Positions 8,499 through 18,383 of a stretch of 64,000 nt of DNA are shown here, one piece after another; the stretch's first letter is position 1, and the number at the start of each line of letters is the position of its first letter. Both the position numbers and the translations under genes were made by a program. The notes under the pieces were generated by a model. The model had not been told where the DNA came from. It did not search any database and saw only the letters and a list, made by a program, of their open reading frames with translations. This DNA comes from a virus: the IMG/VR virus record IMGVR_UViG_3300021420_000014; one strand, 5' to 3'.

Positions 8499-9239
8499 AT
8501 GAAAGTGGCGGCATGCAATGAATGGATTGTGTGCAAAGGGAAGCACTTCGATAAGTACGACGATTGGTATGAGTACAAGGCCTACAAAGCACTATGCCGG
8601 CACAAAAAATATCTTAAGGACGAACTGATGGGCAGCTACTATCCGTCAATCTTCAGCCAGTTGGGCAACATCACAAGTCTTGGCACGATCTCAAATGTGT
8701 ATTACTCGCAAATCGGGACACAGACGACAGCCAATTCCTACGGCGGGCTGATCTATCAAACATGGATTGCCGACGGCACAGCTACTACCACGATCAATAC
8801 GCAGCATTGGAACATTAACGGTCTTGGCGCAAATGTGTATCAAGCGTTTGATGTGGCAGTGAACGGAATGACCGTAAGCGGAACCGTTCGCGAACCAACG
8901 CCGGCAGAGCTTCAAAAGATGGAAGAAGACAAAAGACGACGCGATGCAGCTAGGCAACGTGCGCGCGATCTTCTTTGCTCGACCCTCACCGATCAACAGC
9001 GTGAGCAACTCCATAAAGAAAACGCCTTCGATCTCGAAGTCGCCGGCCGCATCTACCGTATTCGGCCTGGGCGTAAAGTGGAACGGCTGGCTTTGGACGG
9101 TAAGGCAGAAGCCTTATTCTGTATTCACCCCGATTTCTCTCATGGCCTTCCGGAAGATGACGTGGCACTCAGCCAGAAGCTTTTGCTTGAGGCTGATGAA
9201 GCGGCTTTCCTTCGGATCGCCAATAAGTTTGCGGCATGA
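8499..9239 (+). CDS. hypothetical protein with C-terminal CIHP...DD..L.QKL.LE.DE domain
   Basis: ORF; start uncertain. Confidence 0.65.
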   Translation: MKVAACNEWIVCKGKHFDKYDDWYEYKAYKALCRHKKYLKDELMGSYYPSIFSQLGNITSLGTISNVYYSQIGTQTTANSYGGLIYQTWIADGTATTTINTQHWNINGLGANVYQAFDVAVNGMTVSGTVREPTPAELQKMEEDKRRRDAARQRARDLLCSTLTDQQREQLHKENAFDLEVAGRIYRIRPGRKVERLALDGKAEALFCIHPDFSHGLPEDDVALSQKLLLEADEAAFLRIANKFAA

Positions 9240-9439
9240 GCGAACTAAAAATTGCTTACGAGCTTGCACTTGAAAAGATGGATGCTCGTGAGCCAATTCC
9301 TTACAGGCGTCTATAACGGAAAGATGTGGAGAAGGGCCAGCGAGTACGTGCAAAACCCACGATTCTGGTGGCTAATGTGGTATGGCCCTCATCCCGATCC
9401 TGACAAGGTCTCAATCAACTCCAGAAAGATTCTGGTGGT

Positions 9440-10189
9440 GTGATGCAAGAGTTCGTTTGCAAGATCGATGAGGCAGCGCAAGACGAGCCGGATATTCCAG
9501 AGCCGGCATTCATCAAGAAAGTAATCGACACTGCCGAGTCGCTTGCTCGCGAAGTAATCGAAGCCCGCGAAATCATCACTCTTGGCCTTTACCACATCAT
9601 CCTTAGAAAAGACTTCAGCAATCCTGGGTGTCTTTTGGCCTACGCCTGTAAAACACCATCACGGAGAAAGAGAGTTACCATGGACGTTGATCAGATGGTA
9701 GAGACATGGCTGCCGCTCATCAAGAAACTCGCCTGCGCGCATGACGTGGACGAAAAAGATGCGGCGAGCTCCGAGTTGGACGAGCACATTGCGCCTATCC
9801 TTGCCGCGCCCATCGTGCAAATACGCGAGTTCTATCGCACGCTTACCGGACGTCTGAAGTCGGATCCATCCGTGCCCTGGGCCGTCTGGCGGCTGTTTGA
9901 GTTTTGGGGCGAGAGCGTGCTCGATAAGATTCACGGCGAAGAAGTGCACGGACTCAAGAAGGAACTGGCCAGCGGGATTGCCGACCGTGCCATTGAAGAG
10001 TTGCCGCGTCTCGATTGGCGCGAGGCTATGATCGGCGCGCTCATGTGGCGGTCGCCCGAGAAACTGAAAGAGATTGCCGAAAAACTCGACGCCGGCGAGA
10101 AGCCGCGGCTCAAAGGAAAACAATCATGCCTATTTCTCGTAGTCGGCGAAGCTAGCCAAGACGGCAAGCAAGTCGAAGTGATGTTGTGA
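9440..10189 (+). CDS. hypothetical protein
   Basis: long ORF; true start may be internal. Confidence 0.55.
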   Translation: MMQEFVCKIDEAAQDEPDIPEPAFIKKVIDTAESLAREVIEAREIITLGLYHIILRKDFSNPGCLLAYACKTPSRRKRVTMDVDQMVETWLPLIKKLACAHDVDEKDAASSELDEHIAPILAAPIVQIREFYRTLTGRLKSDPSVPWAVWRLFEFWGESVLDKIHGEEVHGLKKELASGIADRAIEELPRLDWREAMIGALMWRSPEKLKEIAEKLDAGEKPRLKGKQSCLFLVVGEASQDGKQVEVML

Positions 10190-10600
10190 ATGGGTCTGTA
10201 CAATTTTCAGCCGCGCTTTGTTAAGCCAATTCTCTCTGGAGCCAAGACACACACGATCCGCGCAATCCGCGTCCATCCCGATAAGCCAGGCAACACCCTT
10301 CACCTTTACACCGGTCTGCGAACCAAACAGGCGAAGCTGCTCATGCGTGTGCCGTGCGTGAAGATTGAGGAGATTGCGATCCGCATTGTGACTGTGAATG
10401 ACCGAATCGGCTATCAAGAATATCGCATCGAAATCGATGGCGCGGAATTAGATGCCGACGAGTGCGGAGCACTGGCGCGGCGCGATGGGTTTCCGGATTT
10501 TAAGGCAATGATGAAATTCTGGCGAGAACCTAAAAATCGTTTACCGTTCAAAGGGCACATCATATTTTGGCTTTACGATGGGAACGAAAAACAGCGGTAG
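10190..10600 (+). CDS. ASCH/PUA-like protein
   Basis: FVKPILSGAKTHTIR..PGNTLHLYTG..ARRDGF. Confidence 0.7.
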   Translation: MGLYNFQPRFVKPILSGAKTHTIRAIRVHPDKPGNTLHLYTGLRTKQAKLLMRVPCVKIEEIAIRIVTVNDRIGYQEYRIEIDGAELDADECGALARRDGFPDFKAMMKFWREPKNRLPFKGHIIFWLYDGNEKQR

Positions 10601-10934
10601 GCGTCTTCAGCTCAATATCGGTGATAGATTCGGTCTCTTGACGGTTATTTCAGCTCGCCCGATCAGAAAGAAATATGCTACCTGGGAACGGATGATTCAA
10701 CGATGTTGCAATACTAAAGGCAGAGACTTTCATCGTTGGGGTGGTCGGGGAATCAAAGTTAGTCCGAGATGGCGAAATAGCTACACGAACTTCTTGGCAG
10801 ATGTTGGCAGGAGACCGGGACCTGGATTCACTTTAGATCGCTTTCCTAATAATGATGGCAATTATGAACCTAGCAATGTTCGCTGGGCCACTTGGGCACA
10901 ACAAAATGCCAACAGGCGGCGCAAGAGACAATGA
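10578..10934 (+). CDS. HNH-type homing endonuclease (short, possibly degenerate)
   Basis: GGRGIKV..TLDRFPNNDGNYEPSNVRWAT. Confidence 0.65.
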   Translation: MGTKNSGRRLQLNIGDRFGLLTVISARPIRKKYATWERMIQRCCNTKGRDFHRWGGRGIKVSPRWRNSYTNFLADVGRRPGPGFTLDRFPNNDGNYEPSNVRWATWAQQNANRRRKRQ

Positions 10935-11090
10935 AGTGCCCGTACTGTCCATTTATAGCCAAGGTTAAAAATCAGCCTCGGACTGGAGGGGCGCTCTGGA
11001 GGAAGCAACTCATCCTGAAGACCCACCTACAAGTTCTGCATCCTGAAGGTTGGGATAGATTGGTGTCCATTATGGTAAACTCGCGCATCA

Positions 11091-14000
11091 ATGGCAAAGC
11101 GCGGCGATCTGATCATCAAGCCCATCAGCCAGATGGTCGATGCCATCGCTCACTACGGGCAGTCGCTATTTCAGCCGCCTCAAGAAACAATTCGTGGCAT
11201 TAAGCAAGATTCTTGGTGGTCTCCGCTCCAGCCGATTCAGCCGTTTGCACCTCCAGGCCAGGAGCCATCAGCATTTCAATGGTGGCCAGGTCAAAACCTG
11301 TGGTGGACCCCGCGTGCGGACGCTGAGTATAGCGCAGCAGACCTCAAGCAGCTCGCCACTTATCCACTTGCACGAATTTGCATTGAGAACGTCAAAGACG
11401 CAGTGACTAGGGCCCCGTGGGAGATCCAGCTCCGCGAAAGGCCGAACGAAACAAGAACTGCGAGGCTGGCGCGTGCAAAAGGCGACGAAAATATTCTGAA
11501 GCTCAATCGCTTCTGGGAATATCCAGACCGTGAACACAACTGGCAGGAATGGGTGCGACCGCTGCTCGATGATTTGCTCGTTATCGATGCGCCGAGCATC
11601 CTGCTCAGAAAAAACTACCGCGGCGAGCTTGCGGAACTCGCTGTTCTTCGAGGCGAAATGATAACTCGCCTAATAGACCAGAATGGATTTACACCAGTGC
11701 CACCTAGTCCCGCCTACTATCAAAACTGGTGGGGCTTGCCTCAAGTTCTGTTAACTACAGATCAACTTGTGTATAAGCCACGCAGCATAGTGCCACGAAA
11801 TTCACTAGCCTCCCAACTTTACGGTATGTGCTTTGATGACGAAACTGAGATTTTGACGCGCCGTGGTTGGTTGCGCTTTAAAGATACCAATCAGCAGGAT
11901 GAATTTGCGACGAGACAGATAAATACAGGCATCTTCGAATGGCAGAAAGCTACAAACTTTACGGCCCGTCCATACGATGGCGAGATGCTGCATTTTGAGA
12001 ATCGAAGCCTAGATCTGCTCGTCACTCCCAATCACCGAATGTTGGTCGATTCATTGCCGCGCGCGCTGGGCAAGGGCAAACCACAGCCTAAAAGGGAATT
12101 TGTAATTGAAGCAGATGCGCTCGCAGAGGTCTATTCCGGTCGCACCGGAATTCCGCAATGGTCCGTGTGGAATGGCGTGGAGATAACTGAGAAGATTTTC
12201 AAATCATCTGTTAAGAGAAGCGGTCCAGATCCGATAGAAGTACGGATGACTGGCGATCAATACTGTGCGTTCATGGGCATGTATTTAGCCGAAGGTTCAA
12301 TTCGGCGGCGATCCATACAAATAGCACAAAAACATGACAAGCGTGGCAGTTATGAACTATATCGACGACTCCTGATTGAACTCCTAGGTTCGCAGCCATG
12401 TTATTCAGGTCACCAGTTTGAATTTCAGCGGCGAGTATTAGCTGATTTCTTGCGACAGTTTGGCCACGCAGACACCAAATTCATCCCAGATGATATCCGT
12501 GGAGCTACGCAACGGCAGCTTGAAATCTTTTGGAAATACTATAATGCTGGAGACGGACGTAACAATTCTACGCCGCAAGTGTTCACCGTCAGTAAGAAAC
12601 TGGCGGATCAGCTCACCGAAATAATTCAAAAGATGGGTTCGGCACCAACAGTTTGGACAAGAACACCGCGCATTGCAAAATTTCCAGATAATCGTAAATA
12701 CAAGTCTCGCATGGGTTGGCTCATTACGAGACGTCCTGCCATTAATACAAAAGGCTGGAAGGCTACCCGCGTTGCCTATAAAGGCTGGATATATTGCGTT
12801 ACCGTTCCGAATGGTTTTGTGTACGTTCGTCGCAATGGGAAGGCAGCGTTCTCAGGCAACTCTCCTACTGAACAGATAGCTGAAGAGATTATGGTAGGAG
12901 TTTCACGCCTTAGATTCGTCAGGGCCTATTATGAAGAGGGCTCGGTCCCTGGCGTTGTTCAAGTTGTTCCGCGCGGCACGTCTCCTGAGCGCATCACCGA
13001 AGCGATGTCATGGATGAACTCGGAACTGGCAGGTAATCTTGCTGCACGCCGGCAGTGGCGGCTAGTGCAAGGTTTCAACGAACCAGGTAAAGAAGATCAA
13101 ATCATCTTTTCTAAAGAGCCTTTACTTACCGACATATATGACGAAAAGCATATTCGCGAAGTTGCCTACGCATACGGCGTCAGTCCACAGCGTCTGATGA
13201 AAATGATCCGCACCGAAGGAAAGTCTTCTGCCGATGCTGCAGAAGTAGAAGGTACGCTGCCGTGGGTGCTCTGGGTAAAAGGAATTGTCGATTTTATCCT
13301 CCAGCGAAAGATGGGCTTCATGGATTACGAGATGGCGATCAATCCCTACGCGGAGCCTGATCCGCTCAAAAACGCCGCCGCCATCACCATGTACGTCAAA
13401 GGCGGCGTAATGACGCCGAACGAAGCGCGCAAGCGAGTAGGAGAAGAATTGAGGCCTGAGCCGGAAGCTGATCGTCTTGGCGTAATCACCGGACAAGGCT
13501 TCGTTCCGATCGGCGTCGCCTCTGTTGTCGCTGGCGTACAGATTGATGACAAAGGGAATCCTAAACCGCATTCCGTAGTTCCCACACAGCCTCCGGAACC
13601 ACCACAAAATGGCACTAACGGAAAAGCTCGCGATCATAATGCGGCGCGTGTAGGGACGCCGACTTCTCAGGAGGCTGGTGGCGGCCGGTCGACTGGGCGC
13701 AATGTAGGCGTGGACAACGGAAAAGAATCACTCGACGGCGCGAAAATTAAAAAAAAACTCGAAAAACGGCTCGCATCGCGTATTGATCCGGACGTATTAA
13801 CTCCGCAATCACGGCAGTCTGTGCACGCGATTCAAGACGCGGTGCACAAAGTTTTGATGCGCCAGCAAGACCGCGCCCGCCTGGAAACTGACCGGCTCGC
13901 CAAGACGCTCGGCAATATCTTAACGAAGCGAAAACTCGGAAATGTACACTTCAATCTCTCGCCGCCGGATGCGCAGAGAGTGCTGGCGATACCGATCGAC

Positions 14001-14456
14001 GGTCAACACTTCGCAGCAAAAGGCCGCGACATGCAACCGCATGTGACCGTCCTATTCGGTTTTCATCCCGATGTTTCCGTTGACCAGATCAATGCCATCA
14101 CCAAAGGCATCGGCAACATTGACGCGAAGGTCGGACCGTTCGAGGCTTTTAGTGAAGGCGAGGATGGTGTTCCGCTTGTCATGCGCGTCGAAAGTGAAAA
14201 ACTGCGCAAGCTGAACGCGGATCTTAAGGTGTTGCCGCATCACGAGACATGGCCGGACTACAAGCCTCATGTTTGTGTGGCTTATTTGAAGCCGAACGTC
14301 GCACAGACCTATCTTGATCGAGGCAATCCCCTCGAGGGCCAGACTTTTACGCTATCTCATCTCGTCCATGCTGGCGTCGACTACACCGTGCGGGATCTTG
14401 AAAAGCTGACGCTGCCAAGCGAACGCATCAAGCGTATGGAGATGATGAAAAAATAA
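11091..14456 (+). CDS. phage portal protein with intein and C-terminal 2H phosphoesterase domain
   Basis: portal motifs (YGxSP split by intein, AYGVSPQRL, GVMTPNEAR); HVTV and HVCV motifs near C-terminus. Confidence 0.88.
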   Translation: MAKRGDLIIKPISQMVDAIAHYGQSLFQPPQETIRGIKQDSWWSPLQPIQPFAPPGQEPSAFQWWPGQNLWWTPRADAEYSAADLKQLATYPLARICIENVKDAVTRAPWEIQLRERPNETRTARLARAKGDENILKLNRFWEYPDREHNWQEWVRPLLDDLLVIDAPSILLRKNYRGELAELAVLRGEMITRLIDQNGFTPVPPSPAYYQNWWGLPQVLLTTDQLVYKPRSIVPRNSLASQLYGMCFDDETEILTRRGWLRFKDTNQQDEFATRQINTGIFEWQKATNFTARPYDGEMLHFENRSLDLLVTPNHRMLVDSLPRALGKGKPQPKREFVIEADALAEVYSGRTGIPQWSVWNGVEITEKIFKSSVKRSGPDPIEVRMTGDQYCAFMGMYLAEGSIRRRSIQIAQKHDKRGSYELYRRLLIELLGSQPCYSGHQFEFQRRVLADFLRQFGHADTKFIPDDIRGATQRQLEIFWKYYNAGDGRNNSTPQVFTVSKKLADQLTEIIQKMGSAPTVWTRTPRIAKFPDNRKYKSRMGWLITRRPAINTKGWKATRVAYKGWIYCVTVPNGFVYVRRNGKAAFSGNSPTEQIAEEIMVGVSRLRFVRAYYEEGSVPGVVQVVPRGTSPERITEAMSWMNSELAGNLAARRQWRLVQGFNEPGKEDQIIFSKEPLLTDIYDEKHIREVAYAYGVSPQRLMKMIRTEGKSSADAAEVEGTLPWVLWVKGIVDFILQRKMGFMDYEMAINPYAEPDPLKNAAAITMYVKGGVMTPNEARKRVGEELRPEPEADRLGVITGQGFVPIGVASVVAGVQIDDKGNPKPHSVVPTQPPEPPQNGTNGKARDHNAARVGTPTSQEAGGGRSTGRNVGVDNGKESLDGAKIKKKLEKRLASRIDPDVLTPQSRQSVHAIQDAVHKVLMRQQDRARLETDRLAKTLGNILTKRKLGNVHFNLSPPDAQRVLAIPIDGQHFAAKGRDMQPHVTVLFGFHPDVSVDQINAITKGIGNIDAKVGPFEAFSEGEDGVPLVMRVESEKLRKLNADLKVLPHHETWPDYKPHVCVAYLKPNVAQTYLDRGNPLEGQTFTLSHLVHAGVDYTVRDLEKLTLPSERIKRMEMMKK
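11829..12860 (+). mobile_element. intein with LAGLIDADG endonuclease (344 aa)
   Basis: N-term CFDDETEILT, block B VTPNHRM, C-term YCVTVPNG..RRNGKAAFSGN followed by Ser; GMYLAEG and YNAGDG motifs. Confidence 0.92.
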
Positions 14457-15337
14457 TGCCATATTCTGATGATGGGCACGACGTTCCAAAATATGTAACC
14501 GGTGGCGACAAGAAGAGACGCAAGTGGTCGCACGTCTGGAATTCCGAATATAAGCGACAAAAAGGTAAAGGCAAATCTGACAAGGAAGCCGAACAGATCG
14601 CCTTCGCCTCGGCGAATTCCGTAGCGAGCAAGACAGTCGAAGCTAGATTCGCGAAGCTGCTTTCCAAAGCTTCTAATGAGGAAGCTGAACAGTTTGCCGT
14701 TGCAGTCATCGCCGCACTCGAAGAAGAGGCTCGATCTTTACCTAGCCAGATTCGAGGCCCGCTTGAATCGGCGATGACGTCTGGTATCGGCGAAGGTTTG
14801 ATGCAAATTGAAATCTCCGATTCAGGACTCATTAGTTCGGCAAATGAGATTGCCCAAAAGTACGCGTCCGAACGCGCTGCGGAACTGGTGGGCATGCGTT
14901 ACAACGATGAAGGTGAGCTCGTCGCAAATCCCAATGCAGAGTGGGCTATTTCCGATCACACTCGCAATCGGATCCGTGAGATCATCTCCGAATCTTTTAC
15001 CGAAGACACGCCGCTGCCTGACATTCAGGCATCTATCCGCGAAGCCTTACAAGAAGAAGCAGAGGATGTCGGTATCTTCAGCGAAGCTCGCGCTGCCATG
15101 ATTGCTCGCACTGAAGTAATGATGGCGCAGAATGGCGGCAATTACACTACCTGGGAAAAGTCAGGCGTCGTGAAAAAAGTGAAGTGGCTTACGTCAAATC
15201 TCGAACCATGCGAAGAGTGTGTAATCAATTCCACTAAGGAAATAACGATTGGTAAAATTTTTCCGTCCGGCCACAAAATGCCTCCTGCACATCCACGCTG
15301 TTCTTGCGTATTGACAGTCAGCAGAATCGCAGACTAA
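14456..15337 (+). CDS. head morphogenesis protein (Mu gpF/SPP1 gp7-like) with ChaB-like N-terminus
   Basis: RAAMIARTE, KWLT..CEEC, PPAHPRCSC. Confidence 0.85.
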   Translation: MPYSDDGHDVPKYVTGGDKKRRKWSHVWNSEYKRQKGKGKSDKEAEQIAFASANSVASKTVEARFAKLLSKASNEEAEQFAVAVIAALEEEARSLPSQIRGPLESAMTSGIGEGLMQIEISDSGLISSANEIAQKYASERAAELVGMRYNDEGELVANPNAEWAISDHTRNRIREIISESFTEDTPLPDIQASIREALQEEAEDVGIFSEARAAMIARTEVMMAQNGGNYTTWEKSGVVKKVKWLTSNLEPCEECVINSTKEITIGKIFPSGHKMPPAHPRCSCVLTVSRIAD

Positions 15338-15396
15338 ACTACAGCGTTTTCAAATCAGTGGCGGAAGAATCCGCTGCGAACAAGGAGAATCCTAGT

Positions 15397-16572
15397 ATGC
15401 CTACCGCTTTAACTCGTGAATCCATTTTTTCTTGTGTTAGTGACGAAACTCTTGGCTTTCAGTTTGGCAAACCAGATCGGCCTAGCGACACTTCTCTGGC
15501 TTGCATCCTTCCTATCCTTCGCGAAACTGCACAGAAGCGGCAGTACGTAACCCTGCCTGAGGCTGGAGATAAGGTCGTGATATCCGACTCCGGCTCCATA
15601 AACAAGGTGATGCTAAAAAATACATCCGAAGAAAACGTGTTCGTTCGCTCCGGTTCTATCTTCGGCGGCAAAGGCACGCAATCCCGAGCACTGATGCGTT
15701 CGGCGGTTTTATTCGCCGGTCAGGAAGTTGGCTTGGAAGTTCGTTGCGTTCATGCTTCCCACCATATTAGCAAAGGATCCGCGTTTCAGTACGATGGCGT
15801 GACACCACTTGAAGTCGACAACCAGTTCTACCAGGACGGCTACCGGCCTTCTGATCAAAGCACCATGTGGAATTTGGTGAAGAGTACGAACACAACAATG
15901 AGCTACATGATTGGAGACAGTGGCCCGGAGATGAAAATACCGCGCCATCGCGAACGCAGTCTAGGAAATCAACCTCGCCGCAGTTTCATTTCGGATCCAA
16001 CCGTTCGCCGATGGGGCCCGTCACTGAGAGCCGCTGGCATGCGTACAGAAGCGAAGGGACATGGACGTGGCAACTTTAATTTCGACAGAGGAGCATTTTT
16101 CACATCCCATTTGGCTGATGAGACGAATGCTTTCACTGGCGACGATGATCTCCGCAATAACTTCGACGCCTTCGCGAAAAACTTTGACTCCATCCTCTCA
16201 AAGGCAAGACTCCACGATCATCAAGTTGGACTTGCGCTCATCACCGAACGGGGAGCCCAGACAATTGAATTGTTCGACTTAGATACTTCCTGGGAAGCTA
16301 TGCACAAAGATGCCGTGAAGCGCATGGGCACGGAACTGTTACGCGGACCTGATGAAACCAATGTATTCGAATACAAGCCGGACCGTGCCGTCGCTGCGGT
16401 ACGTGCGGTTTTGGCGTTGCCATTCACGCAAAATGTAATCTACGAACACAAGCCGTCGAACGGTGAGCCCTATGTCGCCGTAACTGGCTTAACGGCAAAG
16501 GATTGGGTGGGCGAGCTCGCCGAAATCGATTTGCGCGTTATTCACATGACTTTGCTGCGAAAGGCCTCTTGA
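15397..16572 (+). CDS. ARPP-1/DUF6569-like domain protein
   Basis: ISDSGSINKVMLKN..GSIFGG..QSRAL..VRCV..QSTMWN pattern. Confidence 0.6.
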   Translation: MPTALTRESIFSCVSDETLGFQFGKPDRPSDTSLACILPILRETAQKRQYVTLPEAGDKVVISDSGSINKVMLKNTSEENVFVRSGSIFGGKGTQSRALMRSAVLFAGQEVGLEVRCVHASHHISKGSAFQYDGVTPLEVDNQFYQDGYRPSDQSTMWNLVKSTNTTMSYMIGDSGPEMKIPRHRERSLGNQPRRSFISDPTVRRWGPSLRAAGMRTEAKGHGRGNFNFDRGAFFTSHLADETNAFTGDDDLRNNFDAFAKNFDSILSKARLHDHQVGLALITERGAQTIELFDLDTSWEAMHKDAVKRMGTELLRGPDETNVFEYKPDRAVAAVRAVLALPFTQNVIYEHKPSNGEPYVAVTGLTAKDWVGELAEIDLRVIHMTLLRKAS

Positions 16573-16597
16573 CAAGCGAGTAAGCGTTTACTATCCT
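16569..16597 (+). promoter_or_regulatory. sigma70 promoter TTGACA-17-TATCCT with operator GTAAGCGTTTAC in the spacer
   Basis: direct sequence. Confidence 0.75.
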
Positions 16598-16625
16598 TGC
16601 GCCTCGATTAGAGGAACCAAGCGAA

Positions 16626-16670
16626 ACTCCGGTCCGGCTCCTGTGGCGAATCAGCGTTCCGGACCGGAGT
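16626..16670 (+). other. 12-bp leader hairpin ACTCCGGTCCGG/CCGGACCGGAGT
   Basis: perfect inverted repeat just upstream of the RBS. Confidence 0.55.
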
Positions 16671-16686
16671 AAAAAAGGGAGAATCA

Positions 16687-17268
16687 ATGTCCTCGATCAA
16701 AGATAAAATTCACGATATGGTCATGGAGAAAGAGGATGCGCCACGGCCAGCTCCGCCACGCGCCGCATTGAGTGCTACGCCAACCTATGAGGCAGCGCAG
16801 CACGCCGTCATTCTCGAAAAACCTTCAGGCGCGATGTACGATCGGCTGAAGGCTAAAACAGACTTCGATCAAACTCCGATCGGCAAACTTCTGCAGGAAT
16901 ATCTCGAACCACTTGCGAGCTTGCCTGGTGACGAAGGGATGAAGTTCAAGGCCGCCGTGTTGCAGGCCGGCAAACATGGAGGGCTCGATCCTGCCAGTAT
17001 TCTCGCTGCCTTTGATGATCTTAAGGCTACGCTTGAACAGGAGCAGCGAAAGTTCACGCAATCCTCACAGGCTTTCGATGCGCATATTGATGCAAACAAA
17101 CAGAACCTGGCGCAGCTGCAACAAGAGATCACCGATCTATCGAAGCAAATCACAGACGAGAGCGGCCGATCCGCGAGTGGCAAACAGGAATTCTCTTTAG
17201 CTTTCCAGCAGAGAACGAACGAACTAGAACAACAACGGGCGCGCTATGCGGCCCTGTTGGCGAAATGA
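16687..17268 (+). CDS. coiled-coil hypothetical protein
   Basis: GGGAG RBS, heptad-rich C-terminal half. Confidence 0.7.
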   Translation: MSSIKDKIHDMVMEKEDAPRPAPPRAALSATPTYEAAQHAVILEKPSGAMYDRLKAKTDFDQTPIGKLLQEYLEPLASLPGDEGMKFKAAVLQAGKHGGLDPASILAAFDDLKATLEQEQRKFTQSSQAFDAHIDANKQNLAQLQQEITDLSKQITDESGRSASGKQEFSLAFQQRTNELEQQRARYAALLAK

Positions 17269-17278
17269 GGTGGATGCC

Positions 17279-18307
17279 ATGAGCACTTCAGCACTCGGCC
17301 CAGTAAATCCGACGGGAAAGCCGTGGTATCAAAGGCCAGAAAGCATAACGCAGGGCCTCATCCTGATTGGATTAGGCGGGCTCGCGCTATGGGGCTGGGG
17401 CTCGGTCAGCCATTTCATCGAACAAATGCTGGTAGATACTGTGCATATCGTGGGCCTCGCAATCTTGCTCGTTGCGATTGGTTGGGTATTAACCAGTAGC
17501 CGCACGCATCTGATCTTTCGCCTAATCAGTCGAAAACTAACCAGCATCGTCTATGAGCTAGATCCCATCGGAGTCTTAAAAGATAATTTGCTACAGATGC
17601 GTAAGTTGCGCGAAGTGTTTGGCCAGCAGATTGCCAGTGTCAGCGGAGCAAACCAAATTCTCCGCGATAATATCGCCAAGAACAAAGCAGAAGCAGAGAG
17701 AGGGATGCGTGATGCTCTCGAAGCCAAACGCCGTCTGGATGCAGCCAAGACCCAGGACGAGCAGCTGCGCATGCAGTTGCAAATCAGGAAGAGTGCGAAC
17801 ATGGCTGGACGACGCAACCAAACCAACGTTGGCTATGAAGATTTGCTTAAAAAAAGTTCTGCCCTCTATGATTTTCTGAATCGGCTATCGGTCAATCTCG
17901 ACTTCACTATCGAAGACACTGCCGACACCGTAAAGCAAGAGGAGATCAAGCGCAAGACGATCAACATGGCCTATGGCGCATTCTCCACGGCCATGAAAAT
18001 CATTTCCGGCAATGCCGACCAGCGCGATCTAATCAACGAAGATCTGGAATACCTTGCTCAGCAGAATTCCATGAAACTAGGAGTGATGGAAAACTATCAG
18101 AAAGCCGCGCAAAACTTTATGGACTCGATGGATATTGAGAACGGAGCGGTTGGAACAGCGGCTATGGCAGAGCTAGAAAAATACGAGCAGAAGTTGCTGA
18201 CCGCAGGGACTCCTGAGGCTCAGGTACTCGGCAAACCGATCCCGCAAAAGGCCACAGCGAGCGTGCCGGTGAGCAGCGACTATGGGGATTATTTCAATCA
18301 GAAGTAG
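17279..18307 (+). CDS. membrane-anchored coiled-coil protein (PspA/IM30-like)
   Basis: two TM helices, DPIGVL, long coiled coil. Confidence 0.65.
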   Translation: MSTSALGPVNPTGKPWYQRPESITQGLILIGLGGLALWGWGSVSHFIEQMLVDTVHIVGLAILLVAIGWVLTSSRTHLIFRLISRKLTSIVYELDPIGVLKDNLLQMRKLREVFGQQIASVSGANQILRDNIAKNKAEAERGMRDALEAKRRLDAAKTQDEQLRMQLQIRKSANMAGRRNQTNVGYEDLLKKSSALYDFLNRLSVNLDFTIEDTADTVKQEEIKRKTINMAYGAFSTAMKIISGNADQRDLINEDLEYLAQQNSMKLGVMENYQKAAQNFMDSMDIENGAVGTAAMAELEKYEQKLLTAGTPEAQVLGKPIPQKATASVPVSSDYGDYFNQK

Positions 18308-18383
18308 GCGCGGGCACGCACATTTTGGTTTTCATAATGGAACTGTCCCCCGCGCCTGAAAGATTGTAAAAGGGAGAATCACA

